Assembly: GCA_965235115.1 (NCBI GenBank)
Contig: OZ249436.1
Span: forward strand, 26,662,001 to 26,726,000
DNA length: 64,000 bases
Direction: 5' to 3'
Source: Laetmonice hystrix
Taxonomy: Eukaryota
The translations under genes and the position numbers were made by a program. Under the pieces are notes generated by a model. The model was given only the letters and a program-made list of their open reading frames with translations, was not told the DNA's origin and did no database searches. Each line of letters starts with the position of its first letter. Position 1 is the stretch's first letter. Positions 51,568 through 64,000 of the stretch are shown piece after piece.

Positions 51568-53154
51568 GAGATTTTCTGTGTAGTGAGGCCCGGATTAGGC
51601 CTAGACGTCTACATTCCCCGCGGAGAAAAGTATAATTACGTGGGATTATACTTTTCTGCGCGGAATTAGATCTAGATGTATAGGCCTACTTTTCTCCGCG
51701 GTGGCAAGTGATAAAGATACAATAAGACTGTCCGGACCAGATCCTCTCCGCCCTCGCACAGTCGTCACCATGTTGGATCTTCTTTTATCACGTGACACAA
51801 CGTGGTCAAAACGGCTACGGCCGACACACCGACAAAGGTGAAAGACAAGCAGTGTCTGGCTTGTTTAAAAACAGATCACCGCTTGATACCTCTGACAGGT
51901 GGATTAGACGTCAGAGAAAATCTATTTAGGTCTCTATAGATACCTTTTTAACAGGTCAAATCACCATGAGCGGGCCATTTGGGAAAGGTATACCATGAAC
52001 GAGCCATTTTCGGGAGCCTATCACTCACACATCGTTGCATATACGACCTTGCTCCTTCCTTGTCTCAGTAGGGTACAGCGAATCCATTGTGTGCTGCCAT
52101 CTAGTGTTGGTTGCGATAGTATGGTGTCACAGAATGTTTTCCCCTCGCGTATTTTTCGTATCTCCCGCCTGGTTCATGACGTTCGTTTCGGTGAGTGTAA
52201 ATTTTCAGTTAGCACTTTCCAAATGACAGAGCTGCCTGCAAATCTTTGGCGAGCTTTGGGGGAAGCATCATGTTACTAAATAGTGATATTAGAAAAGTAT
52301 CTTTAATAGAAAAAAATAGACATTAGGATGAAATCATTGGTTTTGTTTTTATAATTTCTGAATAAAAACACCAAGTCAGGGTAACCTTGAGTGGTCCAAC
52401 ACGTGACCATGAGTGGTCCCACCGCCGTCACCATGAGTGGGCCACCCGGTTACCACCCACCCAAAGGCCCCCACAGCTAATATTTTAAGATAAGTTACCG
52501 AAAAAAATTGAACCAAATACTTTATTTGAGCATTCAAGTTAAGGAAAGCAAACGGAAAGTATTTCTGGTGGCAGTGAAGGAAGAAAGAAGGCTGAAACGG
52601 GAGATGTGTCTGGGTGGCTATAGCAGTCCTAATGGCAAAGAAAGAAATGCAATAAAAGGTAAAACAAAAAGTAGGGTTCAAGTCTAAAGGGAAGCTCGGT
52701 GTACGGATGATCAGTGTGGGCAGTGCTGCCACGTGTAGATCTATAGGCATAAGTAGCTTACTGGGATTTATAATAATAATATAATGTAGATATAATAATA
52801 ATAAAAGGTCTAATAATAATAATAGGCCTAACTAGACATCATGATTGCAAGCAATACACTAATCCCATTTCCTCCGGACGTCATGAGGAAAACGCCAGGT
52901 GCCATTCGTATGCTATCAAGTAACTAAAGTGGCCCATAGCCTTACCACTCTGCCATCTTGGTTTTACTGTCAGTCCTGGAACCTTTGTCCCAAATCTCAG
53001 AAAGGGTAATTGACAGAGGTCAAGTTATGGGAAAATTATCTCTGAAAACCATGTATGTCAAAACATTTCATAACTATGATTTTGACAAGGCCTCATATCC
53101 TGCGTGGTGGTGTTTTGGTATTCAGAGTCTGAAAAATGAGAGAAAAAAATTTCG

Positions 53155-53228
53155 GTATTTGGTGGGATTCGAACCCATGATCTCCAGCCTTTAGGTCGGG
53201 CATGCTACCCACTCAGCTATTGAGACTC
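53155..53228 (-). ncRNA. tRNA-derived Pol III cassette in HINE A (copy 1)
   Basis: Minus strand: A box TAGCTGAGTGG, B box GGTTCGAATCC with paired T-arm, then a T7 run; acceptor and anticodon stems do not pair. Confidence 0.6.
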
Positions 53229-53429
53229 ACGGGTATACAGGTACCTGGGTCCTATTTGAAATAGGTGGATGACTTCATGACACAAAAGAGTGACGTCACA
53301 GAAAAAAATTTGCATAAATCTAGCTCGGCATCCCATCCTCTTTAAGCCTACCAAGTTTCATTAAGATCTGTTGAAAACTGCCAGAGATATGACCGATTTC
53401 TGGTAAACTTTATCTTTGAGAACCATGTA

Positions 53430-54031
53430 CAGTCAAACCTGGATAATCCGACCATGTTGGTTTTTTTTAATAAAGTGTCGGATCTTCAATATGTCGGATT
53501 ACTGAATCTAGGTCAGATGGGTCAGATGGAGTGGACTGTGGTGGGGGTGGGGGTGGGGGTGGGGGTGGGAGGTGAGCTGGTACTTAAAGCGGTATTGAAA
53601 ATAAAATAAAAGTGTATTCTACATTGTCAATTCATTTATTTAATGTAGTAACTTTATACATGTACATTGTACATAAAATAATGAAGGCACAAATTTATAC
53701 ATCGTTTAGGAAGTGTTATAGGGAGCATGTGTTAGAAGGGCTGACTGTGTGGTGGGGGAGGTGCGACTGTGGGGCAGGAGGTGCGACTCACACGTTTATA
53801 CAGGAGTTGAGTGATAACTATTGTCGGACCTGCCAAGCAAGGTGTCGGATTAGTGAGTGTTTTGACAGTTAGTTTAGCATGTTATGTCATAGGAATCGGG
53901 TGTCGGAGTCGGAAGTTCAATATGCCGGATATTTCAAGCAAAACGTACTGGCAACAGTTGGTTTCATGCTAATTAGTGTCGGATCTTCAGTTTGTCGGAC
54001 TATCCAGTGTCGGATTATCCAGGTTTGACTG
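53430..54031. mobile_element. pogo/Tigger-like (Tc1/mariner) MITE with TA TSD
   Basis: Perfect 23-bp TIR cagtcaaacctggataatccgac; the empty site accatgTAtgtcaaaac is seen in the sister repeat at ~53048. Confidence 0.9.
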
Positions 54032-54123
54032 TATGTCAAAACATTTCATAACTATGACTGTGACAAGGCCTCATATCCTGCCTGGTGGTGTTTTGGTTTT
54101 CAGAGTGTGAGAAAAAAGTTTTT

Positions 54124-54197
54124 GTACTTGGTGGGATTCGAACCGATGATCTCCAGCCTTTAGGTCGGGCATGCTACCCACTCAGCTATTGAGACTC
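54124..54197 (-). ncRNA. tRNA-derived Pol III cassette in HINE A (copy 2)
   Basis: Near-identical to 53155-53228, followed by a T6 run on the minus strand. Confidence 0.58.
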
Positions 54198-54862
54198 ACG
54201 GGTATACAGGTACCTGGGTCCTATTTGAAATAGGTGGATGACTTCATGACACAAAAGAGTGACGTCACAGAAAAAAATTTGCATAAATCTAGCTCGGCAT
54301 CCAATCCTCTTTAAGCCTACCAAGTTTCATTAAGATCTGTTAAAAAGTGTCAGAGATATGACCGATTTCTGGTAAACTGACCAAAGAATCAAACTTTGAT
54401 GTCACGTGATTCAGTGAAAAAAGGTCCGATCGCTAAACAAAGGCCCCACAATTTTAAGCTATCCACTAGGAACATCCAGAAGTGGTTTGGTTAAGATTTT
54501 CAAAAAAAATGAGAGAGTAGTAAGGATTTAACCATATTGTGACCTTTGACCCGAATCTCAGAAAGGGTAATGATCCAAGGTCAAGTTATGGAACAAGTAT
54601 CTTAGAGAACCATCCACGAAGAGGATCTATAACCAATATTTCCCCAAGTAACAGTAGTTTTGTGTTGGGAGTTGATAAATTGATGCTCCATGTGACGTGT
54701 TTGAGACGTCATAAAACGAAGACATGACGTCGCATGACGTCCTGCTTCATATGTACAGATCTTCATCCCATGATGAACCCTCCCTGCAAGTTTCAACCTG
54801 CTATCTTGAAAAGTGACGGAGATATACCCCTTGTCTTACAACAGGAATAATAATAAATAATA

Positions 54863-56027
54863 ACTAGACCTCCAGATTGCAGGCAATCAGGTATCCCGTT
54901 CCTCTATGGATGTGTCGAGAAAAGCTGTGTATGGCATGAAAGAAAGTCAACCATACCAGCAATGAACGAATAGTAATTATGGGTCCATGGTCGACCATTT
55001 ACAAGCTTTAGCATTGGGAAATTGGGGAAATAACAGTGACATCCTAATGACGTCATAGGTTACGTCACCTAAAAAATAAAATAAAAATTAAAAAGAAATT
55101 CCAATCTGTGTGTCACGTCATATCATGGTCATGATACCCTCCAAGTTTTATTGAGATATCCAACACTTAGAGGGATATTCACCTAGATTCTCCGTGGTAG
55201 AAAATATAAAAAATTTAAATTGAAAAAAAAAAGTTTATTCGTGTGGGATTCGAACCCAAGACCCTTGGCATGAAATTCCTAGACTCTACCACTGAGCCAA
55301 CCATGCACGTGAGTAAGTTTTAGAGTGTTTCTGTAAATGAATGACCACAGTGGTAAAGAACTATGCATTACGTCATACCACGGTTACGTCATGGCAGGCT
55401 TATAAAGGAGGCATAGTGGAAGATAATTATGCCATAAAAATCAGATATGACAGAGATTCAGCCAACTACCTGATTACATGCAAAATAGACAAACTTCGAA
55501 ATCACGTGACTCAACCATATGACGTCAGATCACAATAATTTGCCGTAACTTTGTACAGCCCACTATGGAGAATACTATGCAGCCATTTATTTTTTGTTTC
55601 ATCAAGAAACAAAGCACCTATATCCTTTTGACTGTTTTCTACATTATTACATATATCTGAGTTAGGTCAAAGGTCAAAGGTCAAATGTATGGGGCAAATG
55701 ATAGAGTTACTAGTGCTGAGTAAGTTGGCATGAATAACTTTTGTCTATCTCTGCCCAGAAGTGTACCACGTGACACCAAAGTTGCTGTGTTTATGACGTC
55801 ATAAAATGACGTCATGACGTCCCATGACATATTCCATTGTATGTCGAGATCTTCATGTTATGATGAATCATCCCTGCAAGTTTCATCCAGATATCTTGAA
55901 AAGTGAGCGAGATATTTCCCTATATTCCCCATAGGTTAACTACTACGACTATAATAATAATAATAATAGTGTACACCCAAACCGTACAATTTTAGAATCC
56001 CGTTCCTCAGTCAGAGGAACGGGATAA
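54863..56027 (-). mobile_element. HINE B nested in the (AAT)n tract of HINE A
   Basis: Hairpin atcccgttcctc-agtca-gaggaacgggat (55997-56025); subTIR atcccgttcctc (~54893); stem-loop attgcaggcaat; CTAGT terminus. Confidence 0.78.
55238..55308 (-). ncRNA. tRNA-derived Pol III cassette in HINE B
   Basis: Minus strand: TGGCTCAGTGG A box, GGTTCGAATCC B box, then a T10 run. Confidence 0.6.
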
Positions 56028-57225
56028 TAATAATAGTGTAGACGAAACCATACAAAATCAAAATCCCATTTCCCCGTCAGGGAAATGGGATAATAATAAT
56101 AATATTAATACCCCGGTACACTCATGGTGACCCCCCGGCCCACTCATGGTGACCCCTGGCCCACTCATGGTGATTTTGGCTCCTACAACTTTTCGATTCC
56201 TCACACATTATTTTTGAGTCTTTTTGAGGTCTTGCGCTCTTGATTTTTGAGAGAGCAAAATTTCCTACAAGATGATGTGCAGATTGATGGGATAGTGTGA
56301 CTGCTAAGGAAACCACAGCCTTTCAAAATATTTGATATCAACAACCGTCCCACTCATGGTGATTTGACCCAGATGTTGACATTCCTATTCGCATTGTTTA
56401 TCGTCAGACGGAGGTCAACGTTGGTCCCACGGACGAGCTGTCTCACTTGGGATTCCCTCGGGATTCCTTTGGGCGTATGACGTCATTTCTCATGTTGATA
56501 CAAGCTAGTAAAGTCGTATGATTTCATAAAATTTATTACTGCAAAAACTGAATGTGTCGCGGCTGCTAACAACGGTCGAGACTGCAAATCTTCGGAAATT
56601 ATCCATCTTTCCTGATGAACAATCCCACGTTAGGCCGAATACCGACGGTCTATGAACTACTTTGCGCCGTTGCGCACTACGCGAGTTGTGATATACCCCA
56701 ACCCGTGGAATCACTGTCATATCTCTACGGCTTGCGACGTCCGAGACCTCAACTAGCGAAGCGACCGGAAGTTGGGCCGAGGTTTTCCGAATGTCATAAC
56801 CCGCTAGCCTGGTGCCCGGTCTAAACACAACGTATATAGAGCATGGTGAAGGCCAATCGAAGCGAGCGTTGTGATTGGCCCATCGAAAACATGGACGCAA
56901 ACGAGGTATATTGGTATATTGGATCTTTCTGAAATATATTTGCAAACAAAAATTAGAGCTAGCATAATAGGTTCCGTATGCCAATCCACAGCCGATTTTG
57001 GATGGTCAACACAGTTAACAGTGCCTACATATATTATATTGGGGGGGGGGGGGGGGGGGGTCTGGCAGCCCTAAAGCAGCAGAAAATTTGTCTGGCAAAG
57101 TCATTTTTGTATGTAACAGGATGCTCCTGAAAACCTGATATGATGTTTTTGTGGTACCTGCAATGTTTGAACCAGACATTTTTTTGCACCCCTTTTGGGG
57201 TTCCCGGGGGTCTTATGCAGCAGGG

Positions 57226-58131
57226 CAGGGCTGGAATTTCCCACTCGTCCGGCTGCCCGAGACGAGTAAGTTTCGGTCCGGACGAGTAAGTCTAGCCCAG
57301 TATCTCGTCCGCCGGCCGAGTAACTATTTTGGTTACTGTTGTTTAAAGGGGGTGACCTTTTGGCGGCTCAATCTTTCTCCAGTGCAGTAACAACAGCGGG
57401 GGTCATTTGGCTGGCTCAGCTGACCCCGGCGGTGTGTTTCAACTGGCCACCTGTGTGTCGCCAGAGTGCTCCTTTTGTTCACGTGTTTTTGTTTGTTCAG
57501 TGTGTGTCCTGAGTGGCTGTCGCAGCATCAGCGTGGCCCAGCTACACTAATCTCTGAGCCAGGTAATCTGCCGACATGCATCAACTGGAAACACGTGCCT
57601 CCCCCCACCAACCAGCATCGTCCCCAAAGCGCTGATTGAATGATGAAAAAAGACGTGATCATGACAGGGACGCCTGTGGAATCAGCATGGCCGCAGGAGG
57701 CCAGACACAAGGCCTTATGGCCCACGTCATAGAGAAATTCAAAGTCCTGAAAACAACCCCTGTTCTTCTCTGGTGGAGACAAATAGCGACTTTTTTGGAA
57801 AACCTTGAGAGGGACTTTGACATGTGATTCAATTTGCTGTCCTGATTAACTGAAGCCCAAATCTGAAAAGCATTCAGTGGTCCATGAAGCCCATAGATCT
57901 ATATGCTCAAGTTTATTGAACGTTTTTATGTATGACAGAGGTATATGAGGCAAATAACTTGACTGGCTGGTAAATTACGACTGTTTAATTAAAGCATAAT
58001 ACTCATAGACCATGCCTATTATCTTAAATTCTCTCTGAAATCCGGGCAAGTAACTTTTGATCTGGGCAAGTAACTTTTGCAGGCTACTTGCCCGACGGGC
58101 AAGTAGCCTAGAATTTGAAATTCCAGCCCTG
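57226..58131. mobile_element. hAT-like non-autonomous element
   Basis: 15-bp TIR CAGGGCTGGAATTTC / GAAATTCCAGCCCTG; subterminal cgagtaa and gggcaagta repeats; caggg duplicated on the flanks. Confidence 0.8.
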
Positions 58132-59045
58132 CAGGGGGTCCCCGGCAGACGTCAATATCTTAATAGGTATGGTAGTTCCCAAGATGACCCTATACTCAGA
58201 TATTGGTACCGTGTTCGTTTGAACAAAATGCTCTGGGCTGCCGGTCTATATCACCACAATGTATCTTTTGTCTATAAAAGGTAATTCCAAATCTCAAGTC
58301 TCATTCCAAATCAGTCGTGGTCAAAAATAGGTCGGTGTCGGTATATATGTCAAGGTATAGGTTTAGGTAAATTCGCTCGGTTTCGGTGTTTAGTCACGAC
58401 TACTGCTGCCAAAACCGATAACATGCATGCATGACCCCGATATATTGAAACCCGTGTACAACAGGTTAGGACTACAAGGCGATATTCTACCAAATATGAT
58501 TGGCATCTGGAGATGAATTTGCAAACATACAGGTAGCTATAGCGGAAATAGTTGCAATGTTTCTAACATAAGATGTAATTGGCTCCCTTTAACTGTTTTG
58601 AGAACAGAATCGCTTTAGTCTGGGGCAGGGGGGGGGGGATTAAGTCTATGCATTTGACCTATGTACGTGAGCTTAGTATGCACCAATTAATAATAGGGGC
58701 CTCATTTTTAGCATCTCAATTCAGGGACTCGATCGTGAATCAACCGGGCAGTCAGGGTTCGACAGCATTGCAGACTTATCCTTTTCAAAGTAAAACATGG
58801 AATATTCAGCCCTGCCAATTTCAGGATTTTCGTGTTTTTTTTAAATTAGAGATAGTCATTGTTTACACTCTCGTAATTTTTTCTCGTAATAATCAAAAAG
58901 GTGGGCTGAAATTACGCATGTATCCGTGCAATATAATATGCTGATGGCTGGAAACAAGGCCTTGACAACCTTGAACTTGCGATGTGGTACGGACACCAAA
59001 GCGTATCGTGGCACGACGTGTGTTTACATCCCTTGGACAAGCAGT

Positions 59046-59115
59046 CCAATCAGATTGGCTCTTGAGAACGTTGTGTGGTATAAATGAGTTATTTAAAGTT
59101 CAGCTGTGCTCATTC
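59046..59115 (+). promoter_or_regulatory. Candidate Pol II core promoter (double CCAAT, TATA, Inr)
   Basis: ccaatcagattgg (59046), tataaat (59079), tcattc (59110) at canonical ~30-bp spacing, just upstream of a candidate first exon. Confidence 0.55.
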
Positions 59116-59140
59116 GAGAGACGACTGTACACGTGTGCGA

Positions 59141-60458
59141 ATGAAATGTAGAAATGTTATCAGCAAGGAATTGCGGCAGAGAATTATCGGCACGGTACGT
59201 AAAAATGTTGACTGGATAAAAAGGATAATAATTTCCTCGGTTACTCGATAGGTACAAGGGGAACGTGCGAAAACATGCTTGTGTAAATTTCGGTTCTTAT
59301 CTTAAACAATTGAAAATGTTTATGCAACCGTGTGAAAATTTCAAATGAATTCGGAAGTCTTGCTTACTCATTGATGACCAACTCAAGATTTGCAAATTTA
59401 GAAATCAACGTAGGGCCTATCTACCTTATGGGGTTTGGTCTTGGAGAATTCCACTGGATTTAGTTGATTCTGCACGACTGCGTACACTACTGGAAAAATT
59501 TGAACGGCCCAATTCTTTTCGAGTTCCTAGTTTATTCTGAGTTAGGTTACCAGTTTAACTAAGTCTGAAATTTATTTATTCTATTTATTGTAGACTTTCC
59601 TGAGTCGAACGGTTCAGGTCTTGCTTATATACTCTGGTGTATTGGCTGCTGTGATATGCACTACTAAAACGACCAGCCTCCAGTCATATATCAATACAGT
59701 AAGTTGTGCAGAATACCCACTTATGAGGCGCTTGAAGTATACACACCAACCAACCCAAAAATACAGTTCTATAGTCTTTCAGGTATTATCCGCAAACTTG
59801 AGACATTATGCGTGCTTGTTTATTCTGGCCGAATTGGTGAATGTTACAAAACATAGCGAGTATACAATGTGCTTCTTTGCACTTGCTTTCCTTACATTCG
59901 TACATGCAAGATAACACCACATGCCTAGTTGTATTCTTTCTTTGGTTGGTGGGTATATTTAATATGCCTTATTCAGTACTATAATGTAGTTTGATTTTTT
60001 TTTATTAACATTACGCCTCCTTGCCTTTTTGGGGCCCTTCAGCTCTCAAAATGTCCAGTGAAGTTCCGTGTTGACAAATTAATGTAGAGGTGGCGCTAGC
60101 AGTCTGTATATAACTACGGTATTGCAGTGGTAAATTATAGGGGAAAAATCAAGGATGGGAATTATCTCCCGGAATGCAGCGTAACATTCCCTGTAACATC
60201 GGGATATGAACCGGGATATAATTGGAATTTTGTTGTATTTTAATTTTGGTCTTATTTGTAGTTTCAAGGCCAAACACATTTTTAGGTATAAACTACTGCA
60301 TTATAATATTTATTTTTCTGCGAGTCGGCAAAGCTTAACTTTCGGCTTTGGATTTTCAGGGATTTGTCCTGGATCATCTCCTCGCTCTCCGTGCAGTTAT
60401 CTGGAGAGGGGCTTCAGGGTTATGGCACAAGATGTACCTGATGATAAATGTACATTAA
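59141..60458 (+). CDS. Candidate 4-exon gene for a ~103-aa hydrophobic protein (exons 59141-59194, 59594-59698, 59783-59836, 60360-60458)
   Basis: All junctions are GT-AG, phase 0 and stop-free: MKCRNVISKELRQRIIGT/TFLSRTVQVLLIYSGVLAAVICTTKTTSLQSYINT/VLSANLRHYACLFILAEL/GFVLDHLLALRAVIWRGASGLWHKMYLMINVH. Could instead be non-coding. Confidence 0.4.
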
Positions 60459-60549
60459 GGTAAGAATTTACTTATAATTCAAATTTGTCATATAGTGTGT
60501 TCAAAGTAGGTTGGATGACGACTGCCGTCATCCGTTGTGGGTTGACCAT

Positions 60550-60705
60550 GCCACTGCACAGCCACTGTAACGTGGCTAAAGATATTGCCCAGTCATGTAA
60601 CGTGGCATCTTAGATACTATTGCCCAGAAATGCAATGTGACCTCCTAGATACTTTTGCCCAATGGTGTAATGTGACCTGTTAGCTACTCTTGCCCAGCCA
60701 ATGTA
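60550..60705. repeat. Diverged ~35-bp tandem repeat
   Basis: tgtaacgtggc...tagatactattgcccag units, ~4 copies. Confidence 0.65.
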
Positions 60706-62376
60706 CCAAGGCTCAGATTTAATTGCCCAACTACTCTGGGCAGCGACATTTACACAAAGGTGATTGTAAGCCTACTTTCTATATCTCTGAACTCCCCTTG
60801 ACCTATTGTGACTGGAAGACTCCTTACTTTTCCATATGTTTTTCCCTTTTTACCCTTAGGTTTTCGAGCAAGCGTTTCACTGAGGACGCCATGTCTGAGG
60901 TAATGACCTAACCCTGACACGGCGCATGACATGTGGTGCCATATGTGCGTGTTATTCCTGCCCTTCTCCGCACGGATTACCTGGAGTGTGTGAGGTGTCT
61001 CATGGATACGAACCCATGAACCTGCGAAATTTGTGTTTTGTTGTGAGCCGAGGATGTATGGCATCCTTGTGGACTTTATTTAGCCTGATGAACTGATAGG
61101 TCTGAGGAACTGATATGCCGTGTGGCATTTACCAGGCTCCCATCAACCAGGTTCCCATCAGCTACGAGGAGCGGCACCTGGATACTGGATCAGTAAGTGG
61201 GGTATTTTGATATTTTTGACTCAATATCACCGATTCAAGTATATATATGAGTTCATCTGTCTTCAATAGTTTTTGCTCCTGGTTCGCCAAACAACGTAGT
61301 ATCGAATCGATGAAGTAATTTCAGAACTATTAATTGCAAAATGTCTCCTTTTTTTGTTTGACAGTATGTGCCATGCCTCAGCGGCAGGTAGGAACGGTTT
61401 CTAGTACTGGCTAGAGATACATCTGGAGACGTCCAGGTATATCTCATTTAAGGAAACTAGGCCAAAATTGGTCTATTTGATGACGGACGTATTCATTAGG
61501 GACAGTGATAGCCCTGGTGAATACATAAAAATGATGATCTAAAGGCGCTTAAATGATTACTGCGATACAGAAATCTGTCATGCAGATCTCGATGCGAATT
61601 GTGCACACGCGTAAAAACTCTCAAGATTGTTGACTTGGGACTAGGCCTATAACTTTAGACAAAAACAATATTGTTCAGGCGCCAAGAGTGAATAGGTGGA
61701 GCTAGGAGGTCGATCATTATGGACATACTTTCCTTCTATACAAGGTACCATTTCCAAACAAATGTTTTCATTGATAAGGTAATGCTATCTTCACCCATTC
61801 TTTACCCTCTACAGGTGATTCAGTTTCAGATTCAGTTTCAAATGCCATCTTTGTCCCATGCACAGGTACAATAATTCAAAGATCAACGTGGCAGGACTAC
61901 CTTGCCTACCTGCTGACAGTAACGCTACAATACATTTCTGGCCGATACTTTTCTGGGACATGTATTCCAGATTTTAGGCCATTTCGCATCCGCGTATTTT
62001 CCCCTAATCGCGTACTTTTTGCGAATATAACTAATGTTTGACGGGTTTAGTGGATGCTGGCAAAATGTCTGTATAGTTGGTACAGTTATAAGAGGAGATG
62101 GATTTCTCAAACCCCTCAGAGTATCTCGGTTTCCATCTCGCAAAAGTAACGTTGATTCTCTTTCTGTGTAATATGCATACTAATTATTTTTCTTTTCTCA
62201 ATTATTTTTCTTTTCTCATTTTTTAGTGCCTCATATCCAACAACCATTTGTACCTACAAATATATGCAATGACCAATTGACCATACACATATATGTATCA
62301 ACAATGACTGAGGTGGAGTAATTTTTTTTTTCACTAGAATTAATTTTGTCACTTCATCCTATGTTAAATCTGTACT

Positions 62377-62480
62377 AGATATTAGCCTGTGGCGAGTGGC
62401 AATCGACGAAATATCCAGGCGAGTCGAATGCGAGACTGGATATTTCGTCGAGTGACACGAGGGGCCACAGGTTAATATCT
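62377..62480. repeat. ~100-bp hairpin, probably a transposon end
   Basis: Perfect 16-bp stem tcgacgaaatatccag / ctggatatttcgtcga plus an outer stem agatattagcctgtggc / gccacaggttaatatct. Confidence 0.7.
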
Positions 62481-62593
62481 GGCATACACCCTGCGGGAAA
62501 CACCACTGTGACCACAGTGGAAACACCCCCAAACACTCATAGTACTTCCCATATAACCCATCGTACGCTGGTTATACAACTTTTGGACTCGTC

Positions 62594-62856
62594 CAGGGTT
62601 CTTGCTCACACACCGTGACGCCTTGGACTCTCTCGCCCGTCTGGACAATGGTCAGCCGTCCAAGACCGAGTCCTTGGCCCCTTTCCGAAAATACCGACCC
62701 GACACATGCCTGTTGGTCGTGGTCAATCAACCAATGTTCTCTTGCGAGAATATTATATCCACGGGGTGTATTAAATATATACACTCTCGGACGGCTGACC
62801 ATTGTCCAGACGGGTGAGAGAGTCCAATGCGTCACAGTGTGTGAGCAAGAACACTG
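62594..62856. mobile_element. MITE with ~70-bp TIRs (hAT-like ends)
   Basis: cagggttcttgctcacacaccgtgacg...gtctggacaatggtcagccgtcc is inverted at 62786-62856. Confidence 0.8.
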
Positions 62857-63127
62857 TGGATTGTGTATATTTGTTTCAGGAAAGGTACGTACAAGCTCAC
62901 GAGTGTGAAATATCTTTATGTGGACACGTGTATAGTTTTTATAAGCCGGTTGAATTAGGTTATTCCAAAAGCCAGTGAAATCAATGACACATCGCGAAAT
63001 GTAAAAAGACCACAACGTGAGGTTGCAGATCGAATCTGTGTGTAGCGATGGTCGTAGTCGTGATTGAAATAGTCGCCAACCAAAGAAAACATGTCCTACG
63101 TCATAAATTACAACCCCACCGAATGGT

Positions 63128-63880
63128 ATATAAATTCACCCTCTATTTCCACGCTTAATCTGCAAAACATCACGTTCTTTTGTTCAATGTCTTCTCCATA
63201 AATGGCGCCGCGGATGTTTAAAGTGATCTCAGAACAAAGTGCCCGTCAGACGAGTTCGACAAAGTGCTCGACAAAAAGTGTTCATAGGTAGGCATTGGAT
63301 GTATGTAACAGCCTATAGTTGTCAAATCTTGATAAGTCACACGTAGGCCAATCTGATTGTGAGTTGTAGCAATTTCGCTTTATTTAGTTAATTCTGAGTT
63401 ACAATAATTGAGCTGAAGTCCGTAATTTGTTTTTGTTTCAGCCTTTCCTGATTCGAACGGTTCAGGCGTTACCTTCCGCTGCGGTATATATTTGTGGTGT
63501 TTTGACCTCAGAACGGGGCCCCTGTTCCGCCCAAGGCTTGACATAAACGGTCATCACCCTCTAATGGTATCAATAAGGTAAATTGTGCATATTAGTACAC
63601 TTATGAGACCCTTGAAGTACATTCGTGAAACAACCCAATAATACAGTTCTCCAACCTTTCAGTCTGATATTGCCCCACACTGAGCGTGGTTGTTTGTAAA
63701 GGCATTCTTTCTGTGTGCGAGTCTGCAAAGCTGCACTTTGGTTTTTCTGTTTACAGGGGTTCACCTGGATCATCTCCTCACTCTCATGGTAAAACCCCTA
63801 TAGATTAGGCCTACCTTCTCAAAAAAGGTTTCAGAATTCTCACAAAATATGGCTCTAGCGAGGATGATGTACATTAAGGT
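63128..63880 (+). pseudogene. Diverged paralog of the 59.1-60.5 kb spliced unit
   Basis: Shared ctttcctga.tcgaacggttcagg, cacttatgag..cttgaagta, caacccaa.aatacagttct, cctggatcatctcctc and atgtacattaag|gt; splice sites are kept but frames are broken. Confidence 0.6.
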
Positions 63881-64000
63881 ATCGTGTAAATGATAGTTTA
63901 TCTGTCATATAGCTTGTTCTAAATGTAGATCTTGGATATACAAACCTAATATGTATAGTGAGTAGTGGAGGTTTTACGCCGGTCGGCATAAGGTTTTTTT

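Larger units (their letters stand above)
52831..56093 (-). mobile_element. Helentron-associated non-autonomous element (HINE) A
   Basis: Hairpin atcccatttccc-cgtca-gggaaatgggat (56063-56091); matching subTIR atcccatttcc (52862); stem-loop attgcaagcaat; CTAGT terminus; (AAT)n tract. Confidence 0.75.
51954..56369. mobile_element. Outer TIR element (Harbinger-like) hosting nested HINEs
   Basis: ggtcaaatcaccatgagcggg / cccactcatggtgatttgacc; subterminal accatgagtgg repeats at 52406-52445 and their inverse at 56119-56172; CAG-like flanks. Confidence 0.65.

Noticed and set aside
53155..55308. Functional tRNA genes
   Set aside because: Acceptor and anticodon stems do not pair; treated as tRNA-derived cassettes.

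Overview
Eukaryotic, repeat-dense metazoan genomic DNA (spliceosomal introns, microsatellites, many MITEs). A marine invertebrate is plausible, but the taxon cannot be fixed from the sequence. There are no rRNA, CRISPR or prokaryotic features, and most long ORFs in the track are repeat artefacts. Main content: (1) three PIF/Harbinger elements joined end-to-end (3543-11709), separated only by their 3-bp target duplications and carrying intron-split HARBI1-like transposase remnants plus a HINE-like insert; (2) a nested stack at 51954-56369: a TIR element containing two nested Helentron-type (HINE) elements that each carry tRNA-like Pol III cassettes, plus a TA-duplicating MITE; (3) four phase-compatible coding exons of an unrecognised Cys-rich gene (37319-39838, +); (4) a candidate small spliced hydrophobic-protein gene with a CCAAT/TATA/Inr promoter (59046-60458) and a decayed paralog (~63130-63880); (5) 6-bp palindromic insertions at TA sites (TAGGCCTA, TAGATCTA) visible by comparing repeat copies; (6) several unidentified decayed coding-like islands, plus many minisatellites and MITEs. 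All exon models and translations were made by eye.
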